DNA of 63,781 nucleotides, filler included, from Phoronis australis (Eukaryota; Animalia; Phoronida): assembly GCA_002633005.1 (NCBI GenBank). It is 8 parts of 8 records of this genome, joined end to end, with 100 filler letters (N's around TTAATTAATTAA, not from the genome) between each part and the next. Parts side by side here need not be neighbours in the genome. Positions count along the whole stretch, not along the records: positions 27,733 to 40,390 come from NMRA01000372.1; positions 40,491 to 49,443 come from NMRA01001858.1; positions 49,544 to 52,490 come from NMRA01003310.1; 5 more parts are not named here. One strand, 5' to 3'. The notes beneath the pieces are model-generated. The model was not told the origin of the DNA and made no database searches. It worked only from the letters and a program-made list of their open reading frames with translations. A program made the position numbers and the translations under genes. How positions within the stretch are numbered: the first letter of the stretch is position 1; every line of letters starts with the position of its first letter. Positions 38,054 through 51,000 of this stretch are shown one piece after another.

Positions 38054-38471
38054 GGCCAGTTGCATGAAACAGTCCCAAACAGGGACTCAACTAAGGTCCC
38101 TAAGTCTTTTTGCGTACTTATGTCTTCATGGATACACAGGTGAGATTTGTTTATATCATTTTATCTTTATAATAAGCTCCTCTTTGATTAATGACATTTT
38201 CTAATGATATATTAACTAAAAACCGAACCCAGAGTTCATCGTAATCCTTAAATTAAGGATCTTCCATGAAAAGATCCCTAATTTTTTCGATAATATTGAC
38301 AATTCAAGGTAGAGTTCACTCTAGATATGTATCAAATTTAAAAGTTGACTTAGTAATGAAATAAAACAATACAAGAAAGGGCATTCGATGTTTTCACAAT
38401 TCCAAAAATGCGCCTTAGGTTTCAGGGAACTTAGCTGAGTCCCTATTAGAGACCGTTTCATGCAACCGGGC
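38054..38471. mobile_element. PIF/Harbinger-like MITE
   Basis: TIRs GGCCAGTTGCATGAAACAGTC / GACCGTTTCATGCAACCGGGC. A related end GGGGCCCCATTTCATGAAAC lies at ~32255. Confidence 0.65.
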
Positions 38472-38768
38472 AAGAGCCTAACAGATGCTCTGATAATAAC
38501 GTTACGTGCAATTACATTGCCCTTGGACAAGATTTCAGCTCGTTTTATTGTTCACGGTTAGAGCTTACATGTATGTTCAAACTTGTACATTTGATTTGTT
38601 TGTAGGCATTCTTTCTGTATTTAAATGAATAGAATTTTAGGTGAAAACAAGTCTTCACACATTTCCTCTGTTTCATTCAGCTACTCGCACTTGAACTCAG
38701 TATTATTGTTCGAAACTGAATTAACATACGTGTAAGTATATGAGCAGAGGCACGAACCAATGACTTAC

Positions 38769-38896
38769 ACAGTGGGGGATCACGTGATCTTAAACTGAAT
38801 GAATGACGCCTCGGCTTTGGCGGAGGTTTTGGCTTTGAGTTTGACTTGCTTTTGTCATCCCGTGGAGGAGGTGCAGGTGCTCTCGTTCCGATTGGC
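38769..38896 (-). CDS. SAM adaptor, proline-rich exon
   Basis: ttattgtag|..T|GTAAGT, phase 2 to 1: PIGTRAPAPPPRDDKSKSNSKPKPPPKPRRHSFSLRSRDPPL, joining in frame to the 36117 exon. Confidence 0.75.
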
Positions 38897-38984
38897 CTAC
38901 AATAATATTGGGAAAATACTTACACTTATTTACACTATACCAATCCACTGAGTGACTACATGTATATCAAATACATGCCAAACG

Positions 38985-39300
38985 GTCCGTTACACCACTG
39001 AAGTAGATGTAGTCTTCTGTTACGCCAAGCACATGATAAATCGTCAGTTACACATGTAAAGGCTTACCGCAAGTACATGTAAAGAGGTGTGTTACGTATA
39101 GTAGATGTTCAGACGTCTGTTACACCTCAGATCCAGCACGTGTAAAGACGTCTATTACACCTAGTACGTGTAGAAGACGTCTGTTACACCACGTACATGT
39201 TACGTAATGTACTTTTTAAGGTACCATGTTACTCCAAGCAGACGTAAAGTCGTATAGTACACGGATTACACGTAAATATACGTCTGTTACACCACGAATG
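38985..39300. repeat. Degenerate ~30-33 bp minisatellite
   Basis: Recurrent (G)TCTGTTACACC..CAC(G/A)TGTAAAG units. Confidence 0.6.
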
Positions 39301-42052
39301 GGTCTCTTTTCATGGCAGCTAGCCATGACAGTTACTAAAAACAGGATAACACAGAACTTTTATCCAGAATCAAATCCCCAGCATCGATAGAGTTAATGGT
39401 TTATCATTACAAAGTCTTTTCATGGACATAGGCAGCCATTTTAATAGATATTGCTTCTCTTCTTCTTGGATTTACTGTTACTCCCCTCCATCAAGATTAT
39501 TATGTGTGTGCCGGCTCTGTAAATTGAGCTGACGGATTTATCTGCGGACTTATAGTCTCTAGTAGACACAAGAATGCAGTAACGGATTACTAGCTTACTT
39601 CTACAACCGCTTCTGCTACGGTGTGCACAACACCACGCTAATGTTGCTTGAACCAATGAGCGAAATGAGGAGTAGTAACCTTCAGTCTATTCAGAGATCC
39701 TCGGCCGGGCTAAATCCAGCCATTCAATAGCTCACTTCCGAGTTTCTCGCTAGTCACTGTGACGTCACCGGAAAGGGGGCAAAACCCGCCATATTGCTCT
39801 TGTTTTGCCCCGAGTCTTTGCTACACACGCTAAAACTTACTGGAGTTCTTATGGTGAATTTTACGCTTAAAACGTTAAAACAACTTAAGATGTGGTAGAT
39901 GGGTCGTGGAATAACTGTGATTAGACGAAGAAAATGTGACCTTGTTATGTTGTGCGAAGCTGTGAACGGGCTGAAATTGGAACTTAACCCGCTCTAGGCC
40001 TGAATGGCGCAGGCATACAGGGGCGATAGTGTATCCCCATAAAAAGATATTCACTTCAAAATATAGCAAATGAAATCAAATGAAACATGCATATGTGCAC
40101 ATGAAGTTATAATTAACACATACCCTGACTCTGGACACAATTTAGTCTACAAATAACTTGAGCATATTCATGAAAACCTCGCGGTTCTCTCGAGTTTCTC
40201 TCACTAAAGAGCCGCCATTTTGAAGAAGTTACGTGAAATCACGCCTGTTGACGAACAAAAAGTCCAAGGGACACAAATCTTACAAATTTCACTTGATATT
40301 TTCTCATGCTATTTTGCAAGTGTCACGCGCCAGGTCACGCGCCAGATCTCGCGCTTCGCTCAGTCTCGCGCTAGCCTTTGCCTCATACTCNNNNNNNNNN
40401 NNNNNNNNNNNNNNNNNNNNNNNNNNNNNNNNNNTTAATTAATTAANNNNNNNNNNNNNNNNNNNNNNNNNNNNNNNNNNNNNNNNNNNNCGGTTGACGG
40501 AAATGACACTTTCTCCGAGCACCCCATTTTGAAATTTGACCTCTCTCCCAGGAGAAGCTGGTTGCACGCATGATGTAAATAATAATAAATACTGCTAAGT
40601 ATATTAAAACAAAAAAGGAATTTTCGTCTTTTAGTTTTGAGGGTTTTGAAAGAAATAACATATTGAGTAGTTTGGAGCAGGTGATAAATGGTTGATTTGA
40701 TTAGTGGCAGTTTATCAATGGATGAGGAGATAAAGTTTAAGGTATCCATGAGGTGACTGCTGATGTCATTATGGTATCCACGGAGATTCTGGAATCTGGG
40801 TTAGAGGTCATACCAAGATAATAATGAGACACATTCAAACACGAGGACAAGTCCAGCAGACAAAAGCAACCATGCAAGTCCTTCAATGCCTCAACTTGGA
40901 GGCTGAATTTCGGCTGCATTTCACTCTCAAAACTATTTTAAAATCAAGTGAAATTCTCCTTATCAGGTCCCAAAAATCCCCTTCAACACAGAACGCATTT
41001 GATCATGTCCACAGTGTTACACATTTCTCCATTTTAAGGGTTGGGTGACCAGATCGCTTCAGAAAGACATACAGTGGAGCATCGTAGTTAAAATGACGAA
41101 ACCTCTCTCATATTCATTCTGTGCAAATGCAGTACAGGCAAATTTCAAATTATATATTATAATTATCCATGTTATTTTTTACTTTCTTTGACGCACAGAC
41201 AGAGCTATTATAGATCTAAAATAACCACGATGGTGAAGACTTGATCAATTACTAATCAGCACAAATGCAGCAGGGTTATATTATTCTGGGATAACAAAAA
41301 CTTGCAGAAGACTTGAGCAATTATTTTAAATACCAGCACACATAAAAACCCAGCAGGCCTAGAACATAATAGACCATACAGTTGTCTGAGATATAAGGCA
41401 AATCATGATATTTTTTTGCTAATCAGGCATATCCCTATGATTATAAAATATTGGTTTGTTAAAAGCATTTCATGAAAATATTGAATAATACAACAAAAAA
41501 CAAGACAACGCGCGGAGAGAATTACAAAATGGCGAACAATGAACACGCACTGGTACTCCTTCTCTATATCCAGTTCACATACTGGCTAAAACGCTAGCCT
41601 TTGTGCTAACACTTTCATAGCAACAAAAACACCAACAATGAACAGTTGCAAAGTTCACTATTGCTGACGCTTTGCTAGAGGTTTGAGGTACCCAAAACTA
41701 CTGACACTTTCACAAGCAGTTTTGTAGCCAGACCCCTAACTTCAAAGGACACACAAGGGTAAGAGGCCTTTGTTTTATTGTCACATCAGTCAATTTGCGG
41801 CAGAGAGTGCAATTAACATGTAATGACATCAATTTTCACTTAAAAGCGACTCCGGTGGTGAAGAAACAAACTAACCGGTGGTGAAATTATCTTCTTCACC
41901 TGTCTGATCAAAACACCAATTACCGTAACACATTCATGTTTTCGGAAGCACTTTTAAGCCAGTAAAACTGCTAGCATTTTTGCAACTTATGTGAATCTCG
42001 TATTCGTCTAGGAATTGTAGAGTAGTTTTGTATAGTGCAATTTGGGGAGTTC

Positions 42053-42283
42053 TAGTCGGTGGGCCAAATCTCATAGCGTTCATCCTTGTGAGTACTTTGG
42101 GGGGGCAACCTAGTTTTTTCTATGTGACTAGATAATATAACTAAAAATCAAATTCCAAAAAGTTCCCACGTCTACACTTGCACATTTTTTTAAAAAAAGG
42201 TGTTTTTTTGCACAAAATATGATGCATATTCCTGCCACTTGATGGCGCTTTTCTAGTGAATTGACCAATCAGAGAGCCAGATT
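42053..42283 (+). mobile_element. Second left-end copy of the Academ-like element
   Basis: Near-identical to 44488-44719, starting TAGTCGGTGGGCCA. No separate matching right end seen. Confidence 0.7.
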
Positions 42284-44487
42284 ATAACACTGTAGCGACC
42301 CCTAGTGAGATGGTCAACAGATCTTGACTGTATGCTAGGTGAATCTGAAATGGTACATCATGCAAAGTAATCCATCAAACGTCTGTCACACAACGAAGTC
42401 ATTGATACGGTAAAATCTCACCAATTTCTGACAAATATGATTGAAAATTCTTCATTTTTCAAAGACTTTGATTGCGAATGCACACAATTTCACAAAACTT
42501 TGTCTATGGTAGATGTGGTATAAAACTTCAAAATGTAACAGCATTTATTTTGTGTTATTAACTTATAAGAAAAAATAAAACAAAAAGTCAATAAAATTTC
42601 ACTTGCCCGCCACATTGTGTCCCAAATTGGTGAGATTTGCCACGTAATAATAATAATACTGACCACAAACACTTAATACGAACTTTGAAGATGATGCAGC
42701 CTGTTTCAGTAAATCTCACCAAATTTGGACAAAAAGAATGATAAAATACTTATTTTCATCTTCCAATGAACCCTGACATTGCTGTGAGTACCCACAGCGC
42801 TATCAAACATTGTATGGTAATAGCTGTGGAACAGATTTTATCAATTATACTGAAACAAGGTGGCGTACTTCTGTTTTAAGAAAAAATGAGAACCAGAAAA
42901 ATTTCACTTGTCCTCTGTTATTGTGTGCCAAGTTTTGCAGTGTCCAGATCTACAAAATGTAAGTTTTCAAGTGAACACTATTTTTGGTCTCAAAATGTAT
43001 TGCCTGACACAGTTACTATTTGACATTGTTTAAAATTGATATACCAATAATAGAAATGTTTCACAAAACTGGAATACACTCTCAAATGGTGCAAATTCAC
43101 ATGACTGGTTTATGAAATTTAAATTATTCATTTCATGACTTAAAAAAGATTTATATTGGGATTTCCAATCTATGACATACAGACTACAGGAAATCTGGGC
43201 AAACAAGAGCGCTTAAAACGACAGTGTAAAACATTGGCTTTGAGCAATGAAATTGAACGCTTTTCTGAAAAATGGGGCAATACTCTTGACATTTTGAAAA
43301 AATGAAAACAATTATAAATTGCAAAGTACTGTACTTATGGTGCCTACTTAGATGAACTGAGCAGGAAAATTTTCTTTCTTTAATTAGAAATTGCGATATA
43401 ATTACCATTTTTCTGACAGTTAAATCTACGAGTCCCAAAAAATAGAAACAATCCTAAATTGAAGACTTTTTGTCACATGGAAACAGTGCATCTATGAAAA
43501 TAAGTCATGTTTTGTAGAACTGTATCAACAGTGTTTGCTCAGTACAAGTCAAAAATAATCCAGGTAAATCATCCAGGTAAATCGTCCAGGTAAATCGTCC
43601 ACTAGCGGGTTACCTTCACAACACAAAAAGGGTGTTGCTAGAAGTAATACTGGTTTTCCCGCCGACATTTACTGCCACAAGCAATGACCTATCAGGGTAC
43701 ATTTTCTTGGAAATCCCCAGTTCCTAGTTGGTCATACCTCGATTTTGGCCCTGAATGCTGGCCATAAGGCGAACACTTCCACGGCAAAAGTGACAGTTGC
43801 AAAGGCATGTAAACTGGTGTGAAGACGTGAAGCGAGACAGACACTGGCAAAGAGGGCAGCACTACGTGAAAGGGATCCAGACACTCTACAAAAATAAGAG
43901 TTATTGTATTGATTTGATATGGTCCGTCATCTTCAGGGCAGTGAATTACAAAGTTAAGCCTTTTGAGGACCATTTTCGTAGTAATCACTTTAAGTTAGTA
44001 AATTTCAGAAAATGGATGCTCGCAGTCTAATCCTACTTCGCCGCTCAAATTATTCAGCCTCCAAACACTAATTATGGCTAACTTGCTACAGTACACATCA
44101 AAAATATTTCGGCAAAGCGACCTGGAGTTCCCCATCATGACGGTGGAATGCAAGCCGAATTTATCGTTAGAGTAGTCTTCCCTTGTGACTGAGAATGAAG
44201 GGACATTAACAAGAAAGTTACAAAGGTGGTTAAGCCACTTTGCAAATAAAATTTTGCCATAACCAACAGTCATTACCAGTCATTTTTGCAGTTCACAGAA
44301 TTAGCCGTCATGATAGGGAAACAGTAAATTTGATTGATTTGATTGTCTTGTACGGCAGAAAGGGCAGAATAATGCTGTAGAGAGTAGTGGGGAGTTAATC
44401 TATAATGGGAAGTGTGAATCCAGTGTTCATTAGCAGACTATGAACATTACACTACAAGACTTCATTACAAAAACGTGACACGGATAT

Positions 44488-45680
44488 TAGTCGGTGGGCC
44501 AGATCTCGTAGCGTTCATCCTTGTGAGTACTTTGGGGGGGCAACCTAGTTTTTTCTATGTGGCTAGATAATATACCTAGAAATCAATTTCCAAAAAGTTC
44601 CCACGTCTACACTTGCACATTTTTTTTAAAAAAGGTGTTTTTGTTGCACAAAATATGATGCACATTCCTGCCACTTGATGGCGCTTTTCTATTGAATTGA
44701 CCAATCAGAGAGCCAGATTGTATTGTTGTGCTTAGTTACTTCAATATGGCTGCTCCCATGGAGTGTGATGCCTGTATAATTCAAGGTTTATCAAACAGCA
44801 CAAAATTGTGATGTCAGAGCCTAAAGAAGCTTAGGAAAGCTTCCTGACGAAATCTGATTGACTGTGGAACTCTGTAGATCAGTAGATCAAAAAGAAGAAG
44901 AGGTNACTTCATAACATTGGATAGTTCTTTGACAAGTCAATCCTAAATAGACCTCCAACCCCGTTATCCTTTTTTGTATTAAAAAGTTAATTTTATTTGT
45001 TGATTAAGTCATAGAAAGTACATACTTTGATCATTGTCATGTATTTGTCTCATACTGCTTGATAAACGCTGTCAGAATAATCTATTATTTTCATACAGTC
45101 TTTGTGCACATTCACAGAGATCATTCACCTATATTGTTTTTGTACTATAACGTATTTCTGGTGTATTATGCAAACAAGCTGTATTTTACACCATTAGTCA
45201 ATGTTTTAGTCATTGAGGCACAAATTTTGCTCAGTCTCAAGTGTTTTGTGTTATTTTTGTTGCCTGACAATGCCAGAATAACTTCCTAGTAACATTCAGA
45301 CTTAGTTTGCATTTTCGCCACTAGGTGTCTCTTTACATTTTTTAAATTTCACTGTTAATTAACAATTTACATAGTAAAACATGTAATGTGAGTGTAATAT
45401 TGTTCAATACAATGGCACTGATGGTACCATATTACTTGTTTTACAAAAAAGTCACCAAAACCGTTGTTTTTACAAATATAAGTTCACTAAGCTCTTTGGT
45501 GATTATTAGGTAACTTCAAACTCAAATTTCTCAAAAATGTGCAACTTTATATGTGGGAACTTTTTAGATTTTGAAAACACTCTAATAAATGAATTAAAAA
45601 ACACCAAAATAAAATTGCCCCCCTAAAGTACTCACAAAAACCATTTTCTAGAGGCCCCACAAAATCTGGCCCACCGACTA
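44488..45680. mobile_element. Complete non-autonomous DNA transposon, Academ-like
   Basis: Perfect 17-bp TIR TAGTCGGTGGGCCAGAT / ATCTGGCCCACCGACTA with longer imperfect subterminal inverted repeats. TAT flanks both sides (44485-44487, 45681-45683). Confidence 0.8.
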
Positions 45681-47681
45681 TATCCCAGCCAGTACTCTGA
45701 CTCTTCCCAAAAGTTAGGTTCTCAAATATAACCAGGTCACTGATATGTAACAATCTTTATTTGTATGCAAAACTAAATAGTCATGTTTGTTTTATGTCCA
45801 TAATAAACTCATCTCAATTCAATACTGGTTTGGTTGGTTCAGTCACTCAGTTTACTCACATAGTTACGTCTGCTCCATATTGATGGAAGAGCAGGTTAGC
45901 TATCAACATGGCCGCCGTCATGGCGTAGATTGTGTCTGTGCTGATGGTTTCTGTTAGTGTCATGAGCACTGGTGACAAGCCGTAACCAATGGCAACAAAC
46001 AGGATTGTGGTAATGAGGTCATCCCACCCTAAGTTATAAAAAGGTACATATAGTTGTCATCTAATTTTGGAAAGTTGGGTTCATATCAACAATATTTTTC
46101 TACATTTCTTACTTGTATAAAGAACTGGTGCAAGCAAAAAGCAAAACAACACTTTTTTAAATTTAAAACAGTTGACCACAAATTTCTTCACCTTGACTTT
46201 TAAAGCTGCATTTTGCACAGTTTACCTTGCTAAAAACAAAAATTGGACAAGACCTTTTACTCTCAGTCCGTCTCATAATATTCCCTACTGGGACAGGATT
46301 TCATTTAAATTACCAACCACATGGAACCATCACCCATAGTCTGGAAACAGAATCCTATAACTGTATGGAATACTATCAGTCGGTGTAATTTACAAAAGGT
46401 CTAATTTGTTTTCATTTTTAGCCAGCTAAACAAGGCAAAATATAGCTTAATAACTGTAATTAAAGTTTACACAGAAATAGTACTGTTATCGCTCAACAAA
46501 ATCAATGAAACTGACCTTTTTTGCATAAATGGAAGGTTGGTAATTGCCAAAAACAAAGAAATGTGACCAAATTTAGTCTATTTATGTCTTTGAATGACAG
46601 GTTTTGTAATCCCTGATATCACTGACAACCACAACACAATATTTATGCAGGCTTGGATTGTGGAGTCTATTGCCAAGTACTGATGGCTTGCTCACTTTTT
46701 TCATCTTTGTCATGAAAGGAAATATAATACAAAGTCAACAAATTGGTCATAAAACGTGACTGAACAAAGTTCTTTTTCAGTGGCACGTTTTTAATAAGAC
46801 AAGTTTGACTTCTTATTTTGATAATTAATGACTACATCATGGACTACGGGAATCATTGATCATTTCAAGACCTTGATGTTTGTTGTAGCAAAGTTCATTT
46901 GTCAAACTCTAGGAATCAATTTTGACATGACTAAATTATCATTGCTTCAGGCATTATTATTGACAACCAACAGTTTTGCCTCAACAAGCTTATTCAGTAA
47001 ACTCACTAGTACGACCACTTGTTTGGCGACCTTTACCGCTATCTATGAGATCAAAGATGAAATATCCTACGAGTGTGAAAAGTGATGACACCAAGATGAG
47101 AGTGTTGGCTGATAGACGATGCTCGTCCATGTATACGAACACAACTACAAACAGACAAACGCTGAAAGAACAACACAGCTGCTTTAATGAAGTGACTTTT
47201 GTGAACATGAACAAAACAAACCAATAGAAATGACAAAGGTTTCGATGCGACTATCAAATGTTTAATCTAAGTTTTTACCAGTTTGCTTGAATCACATCAT
47301 AACGAACATTTATCTAAGTTTATAATTATGAACATGTCAATCTCAATATGGCGTGGAAAATATGTTGTAAACATTTTAAGTCTGGTCAGCACGCCATCTG
47401 TTGGCCACATCACAAAAATATTGACCTCAGTTCTTCATGTAAAAGAACACCTTCTATGCTCTTTTAAAATTGACAACTACTTGTCAGACTTTATATACTA
47501 ACCTATGGCTGTTTGTCTGTTTTGAAGCACTGACTTTAAAAAAACGTATTCAACTGAACTGAGGTTAAAATTCTGCAAGGTACTCGAAATCATACTTTCA
47601 CTTTGAAAATCAACCGTAGTGAAAAATCTTTCTTAAATTACTTATAAACGTATAGTTGCTGAAGTTGGCCAACGGTGATTC

Positions 47682-47793
47682 CAATAAACAGATATAAAGG
47701 CAGAAAAATCAGGAACCCCAACTGGGAATCGAAGCACCAGCAAACTAGAGATTTGAGGTTTGAGATTCCTGATTTTTCAGTCTGTGTTCATTG
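47682..47793. repeat. Short hairpin/MITE
   Basis: GAAAAATCAGGAA..TTCCTGATTTTTC inverted repeat. A second copy starts at ~63755. Confidence 0.55.
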
Positions 47794-47895
47794 TCCGTTT
47801 ATTCTAAAATTACTAATTGAGACACAGACACAAAAGTCATGACTGAAACAATTCATCATTAACACTCAAAATGTTATCGTTTGATATAGAAGGGT

Positions 47896-48005
47896 TGTGT
47901 TGACCAGCCCAAGCCTGTGTTGACCAGCACAAAGCCACAAGCCTGTGTTGACCAGCACAATCCTGTGTTGACCAGCACAATCCTGTGTTGACCAGCACAA
48001 GACTG
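47896..48005. repeat. 20-bp minisatellite
   Basis: About 5 copies of CCTGTGTTGACCAGCACAA(T/G). Confidence 0.85.
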
Positions 48006-51000
48006 TGTAGACCCCATGACCCCATACCTGCTCAGCTGCTGGGTAAAAAGTCCAGACTTGCAAACCAACGTTACAAAGTCATACTTCTGAATGTGTACTG
48101 AAAGATGTAAAAATTATCAATCAAGAAATGACAATACTGCGGAGCCGCGTTGAAGTCTTACCAGGTAATACACTACATCTATGTAACTGTCATGAAATGA
48201 CAAAGAATCATTTGTCACTAAGCCTGCCCATGTAAAGTAACACACAAAATGTCAAAATTTATTGTTATATTCCCGAATATTGTCATTAAAAATTAGCAAA
48301 ACATTACAGAACCAACGCTATCGCCCTTTTACCGACGATCGAGGCCTTCTGAGGCGGAAATCCTCCCTTTGCCCCATCACCCCCCCCCCCCCATCAGAAG
48401 AGATTGTAATCAAATCCTCAGGTCAAGAGATTTCTTTAGTTAATGAAGGGTAATTTAGGACACGATGAGGAGAATTTTGCCTGATTTGTAAATATTTTCC
48501 ATAGGACAAAATGGGGACTGGTGTTTCTCGGTACGAAACTGCTGAAGTTAAGATTAACTATTTACTAATGGAAGCCCCTCTACAGCTGTATCCTGATTCA
48601 TATTTCATTATCTAAAGCCTAAATGTGTTGGTAGCCTAGTTTTCTAACTGAATCCTCATCGCTAGACCTGGTGTGAATTCAGCAAAGCCAACGGCGGCAG
48701 GTGATTTTTGACAGTTCACTCATTTCTGTTGTTCAGGGACAATATAACAAAAGCCAATGATAAAAAGCTAACGGTTACATTTCTCTTATTTCTCCGATAT
48801 ACTTACAGTTTTTCTTCATTTCATTTAAGAACGATTCGTCCACGTAATTGTCCGGGACGCCCTGATTTTCATAAAGAATTTTCTTCCACTTGTTTTTTGG
48901 ACGATCGTCCATCTTGGAATTCCCATTCCGAGGGATATCCCAGTCACGTGATGCATAAAAGTAGAAATCGTTTTTGTTTTACGTATAATTTTAAATTGTA
49001 AACTTCTGTCAATACATGTACGAACAATTTTAAGGAACAATTTTTCTGTATTTTGTCCTATTTATATAATTTTTTGAAAAACGGAATACGTCGGATACTA
49101 ACGGAAACGGACTCCATTTTTGTTGCTATTGATATGACGTCATACTAAGCTTGACAACATTGAAGATGGCAGGTGCCTGAAAAGGAAATGCGGAGAATTT
49201 TCAAAAGAAACAAACAAGATTAGAAATTCTGTATCTTCAATTTAGGTAAGTTTGTAAGCTCGACAATTACTTGACGGCTGGCAGTGTTCCTGTGCAAATA
49301 TGGCACATAGGAATCTCTATTTTTGATGAAAGTTTTGGTATGGAAAAATGGCGAAGTCGAAGTAGACTAGGCAATGACCATCGCCTCTGTTGGCCCGAAG
49401 CAGAGGCGATGTAGAGGCTATAGGCGCTCTGTACGCCGGAAGCNNNNNNNNNNNNNNNNNNNNNNNNNNNNNNNNNNNNNNNNNNNNTTAATTAATTAAN
49501 NNNNNNNNNNNNNNNNNNNNNNNNNNNNNNNNNNNNNNNNNNNGGGGTGCATGATGCCACCTTTTTTCAGATTTTGATGTGACATTTGGTAACCTTGCCT
49601 TTCTTTATGTATTTGGATATGGAGCAGTTAGTTGTCTCAATTTCGACTAAGTGGCAGGGGCAACTCAAGATTCAGCCAGACTTGAAACGGGTTCTAATAA
49701 AATTCACATTTTTTATTTTTGTAAAACGTAGTTGAATTTCAATGTTGTCGAGTGTTGAGTTTGGATACTTCTGAAGCTGTCCTGGCTCGAGCTCTATTCC
49801 AGTCCATTGAAGTGGCATTTATATCTATTCTGCTTTGGATATTTTGCCATTAATTGTGAACTGTTGGGTACCTGGTATCACAAAGAGCAGGCAATTGTGC
49901 TGAAAGCTAGATCAATACTTGGTACTGTGGATGGTGTCCACAATTCCCAGATATGTTTTGGTCGTGTTGGTTTTAGACGCTTAAGTATTTTGGATAGCCT
50001 TCCAGTGGGTGATGCCCAGATCTCCAACCTCAGAAAATTTTAATGAGGAGTTAGATTTTGATCAGTTCTCTAGGCTTGTAGTGAGCAGATTATTAATGAT
50101 GTTGCTTGCTTAGGGAAAGGGGCTTTCCTGTAGCTGAGGTTGTTCTCTGAATTTTCAATGCCATGAACAGGTCATTGAACTCTGTATATCCCTTATGTAA
50201 ATAATTGGCAAAATTGGCCCTTCTTCAGTTTTCAAATGCTTTTGCATTGTCAGGGATGGCCACAGTCTGATTGTAGCTATGGTAACTTGAAATATATGAT
50301 TTGGGCCTGGTACTTGTCTTTTACTCGAAAAAATAGTTTTTCACGCATTTGTCATATTGTGGCATATTGCTAGGCAACCATCAGTTTGGAACTAGGTATT
50401 CCTACTGGAAGTTTGTAAAAACAGCAACTATAAAAATATTTATTACTGCAAATTGATGCCTGAAAGATTCCTAACAAAAACATACATCTATTTTTGTAGA
50501 ATTGATGTTTCTTGGTGTATTGAGGCGCATTTACCTGTATTTCTGTACTTACTTGTCGTTTGGTCATGCAAAAGGTTTAAAAAGATAAATTTTGGGAGAC
50601 ATAATTAGATCATGATGAAACATGAAGAGATCTTTAGTACCTCACTTGTTAGCAGAACTGGCAGTTTCAAACTAGAAAGTATACCTATCTAACCTGCTGG
50701 TATTTTCCAAATTAACATGCCTGTCTTGACAGACTTCAGCAGAGGTTTTTATCAGCAGTGAAGTGCTGGCCCCCTATCTAAAATTATTGGTTACATTTGT
50801 AATATTTTTACAAGCTGTGTTGTAATTAATCCTACTTTTGATACAGATTTCTGTCATTGGCCTGTTGCGCAACTCAATGCTTGTTTTTACTCTGTCAGTC
50901 AACATTCTCTCCATACAGGTAAAAACTGGCCAAATGTTTTCATTTGTAATCCAGAGTACAATGTAGGTAACCATTGACTGTGAGTAAACCCTGCCAACAG

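Noticed and set aside
43692-44280. Coding-like fragments here, at 40737-41050 and at 46828-47230
   Set aside because: Multiple stops and no motif I can assign. Probably old TE debris.
47837-48068. Short repeat arrays here, at 53198-53297 and at 61111-61211 as CRISPR-like arrays
   Set aside because: Head-to-tail repeats without unique spacers, no cas genes, eukaryotic context.
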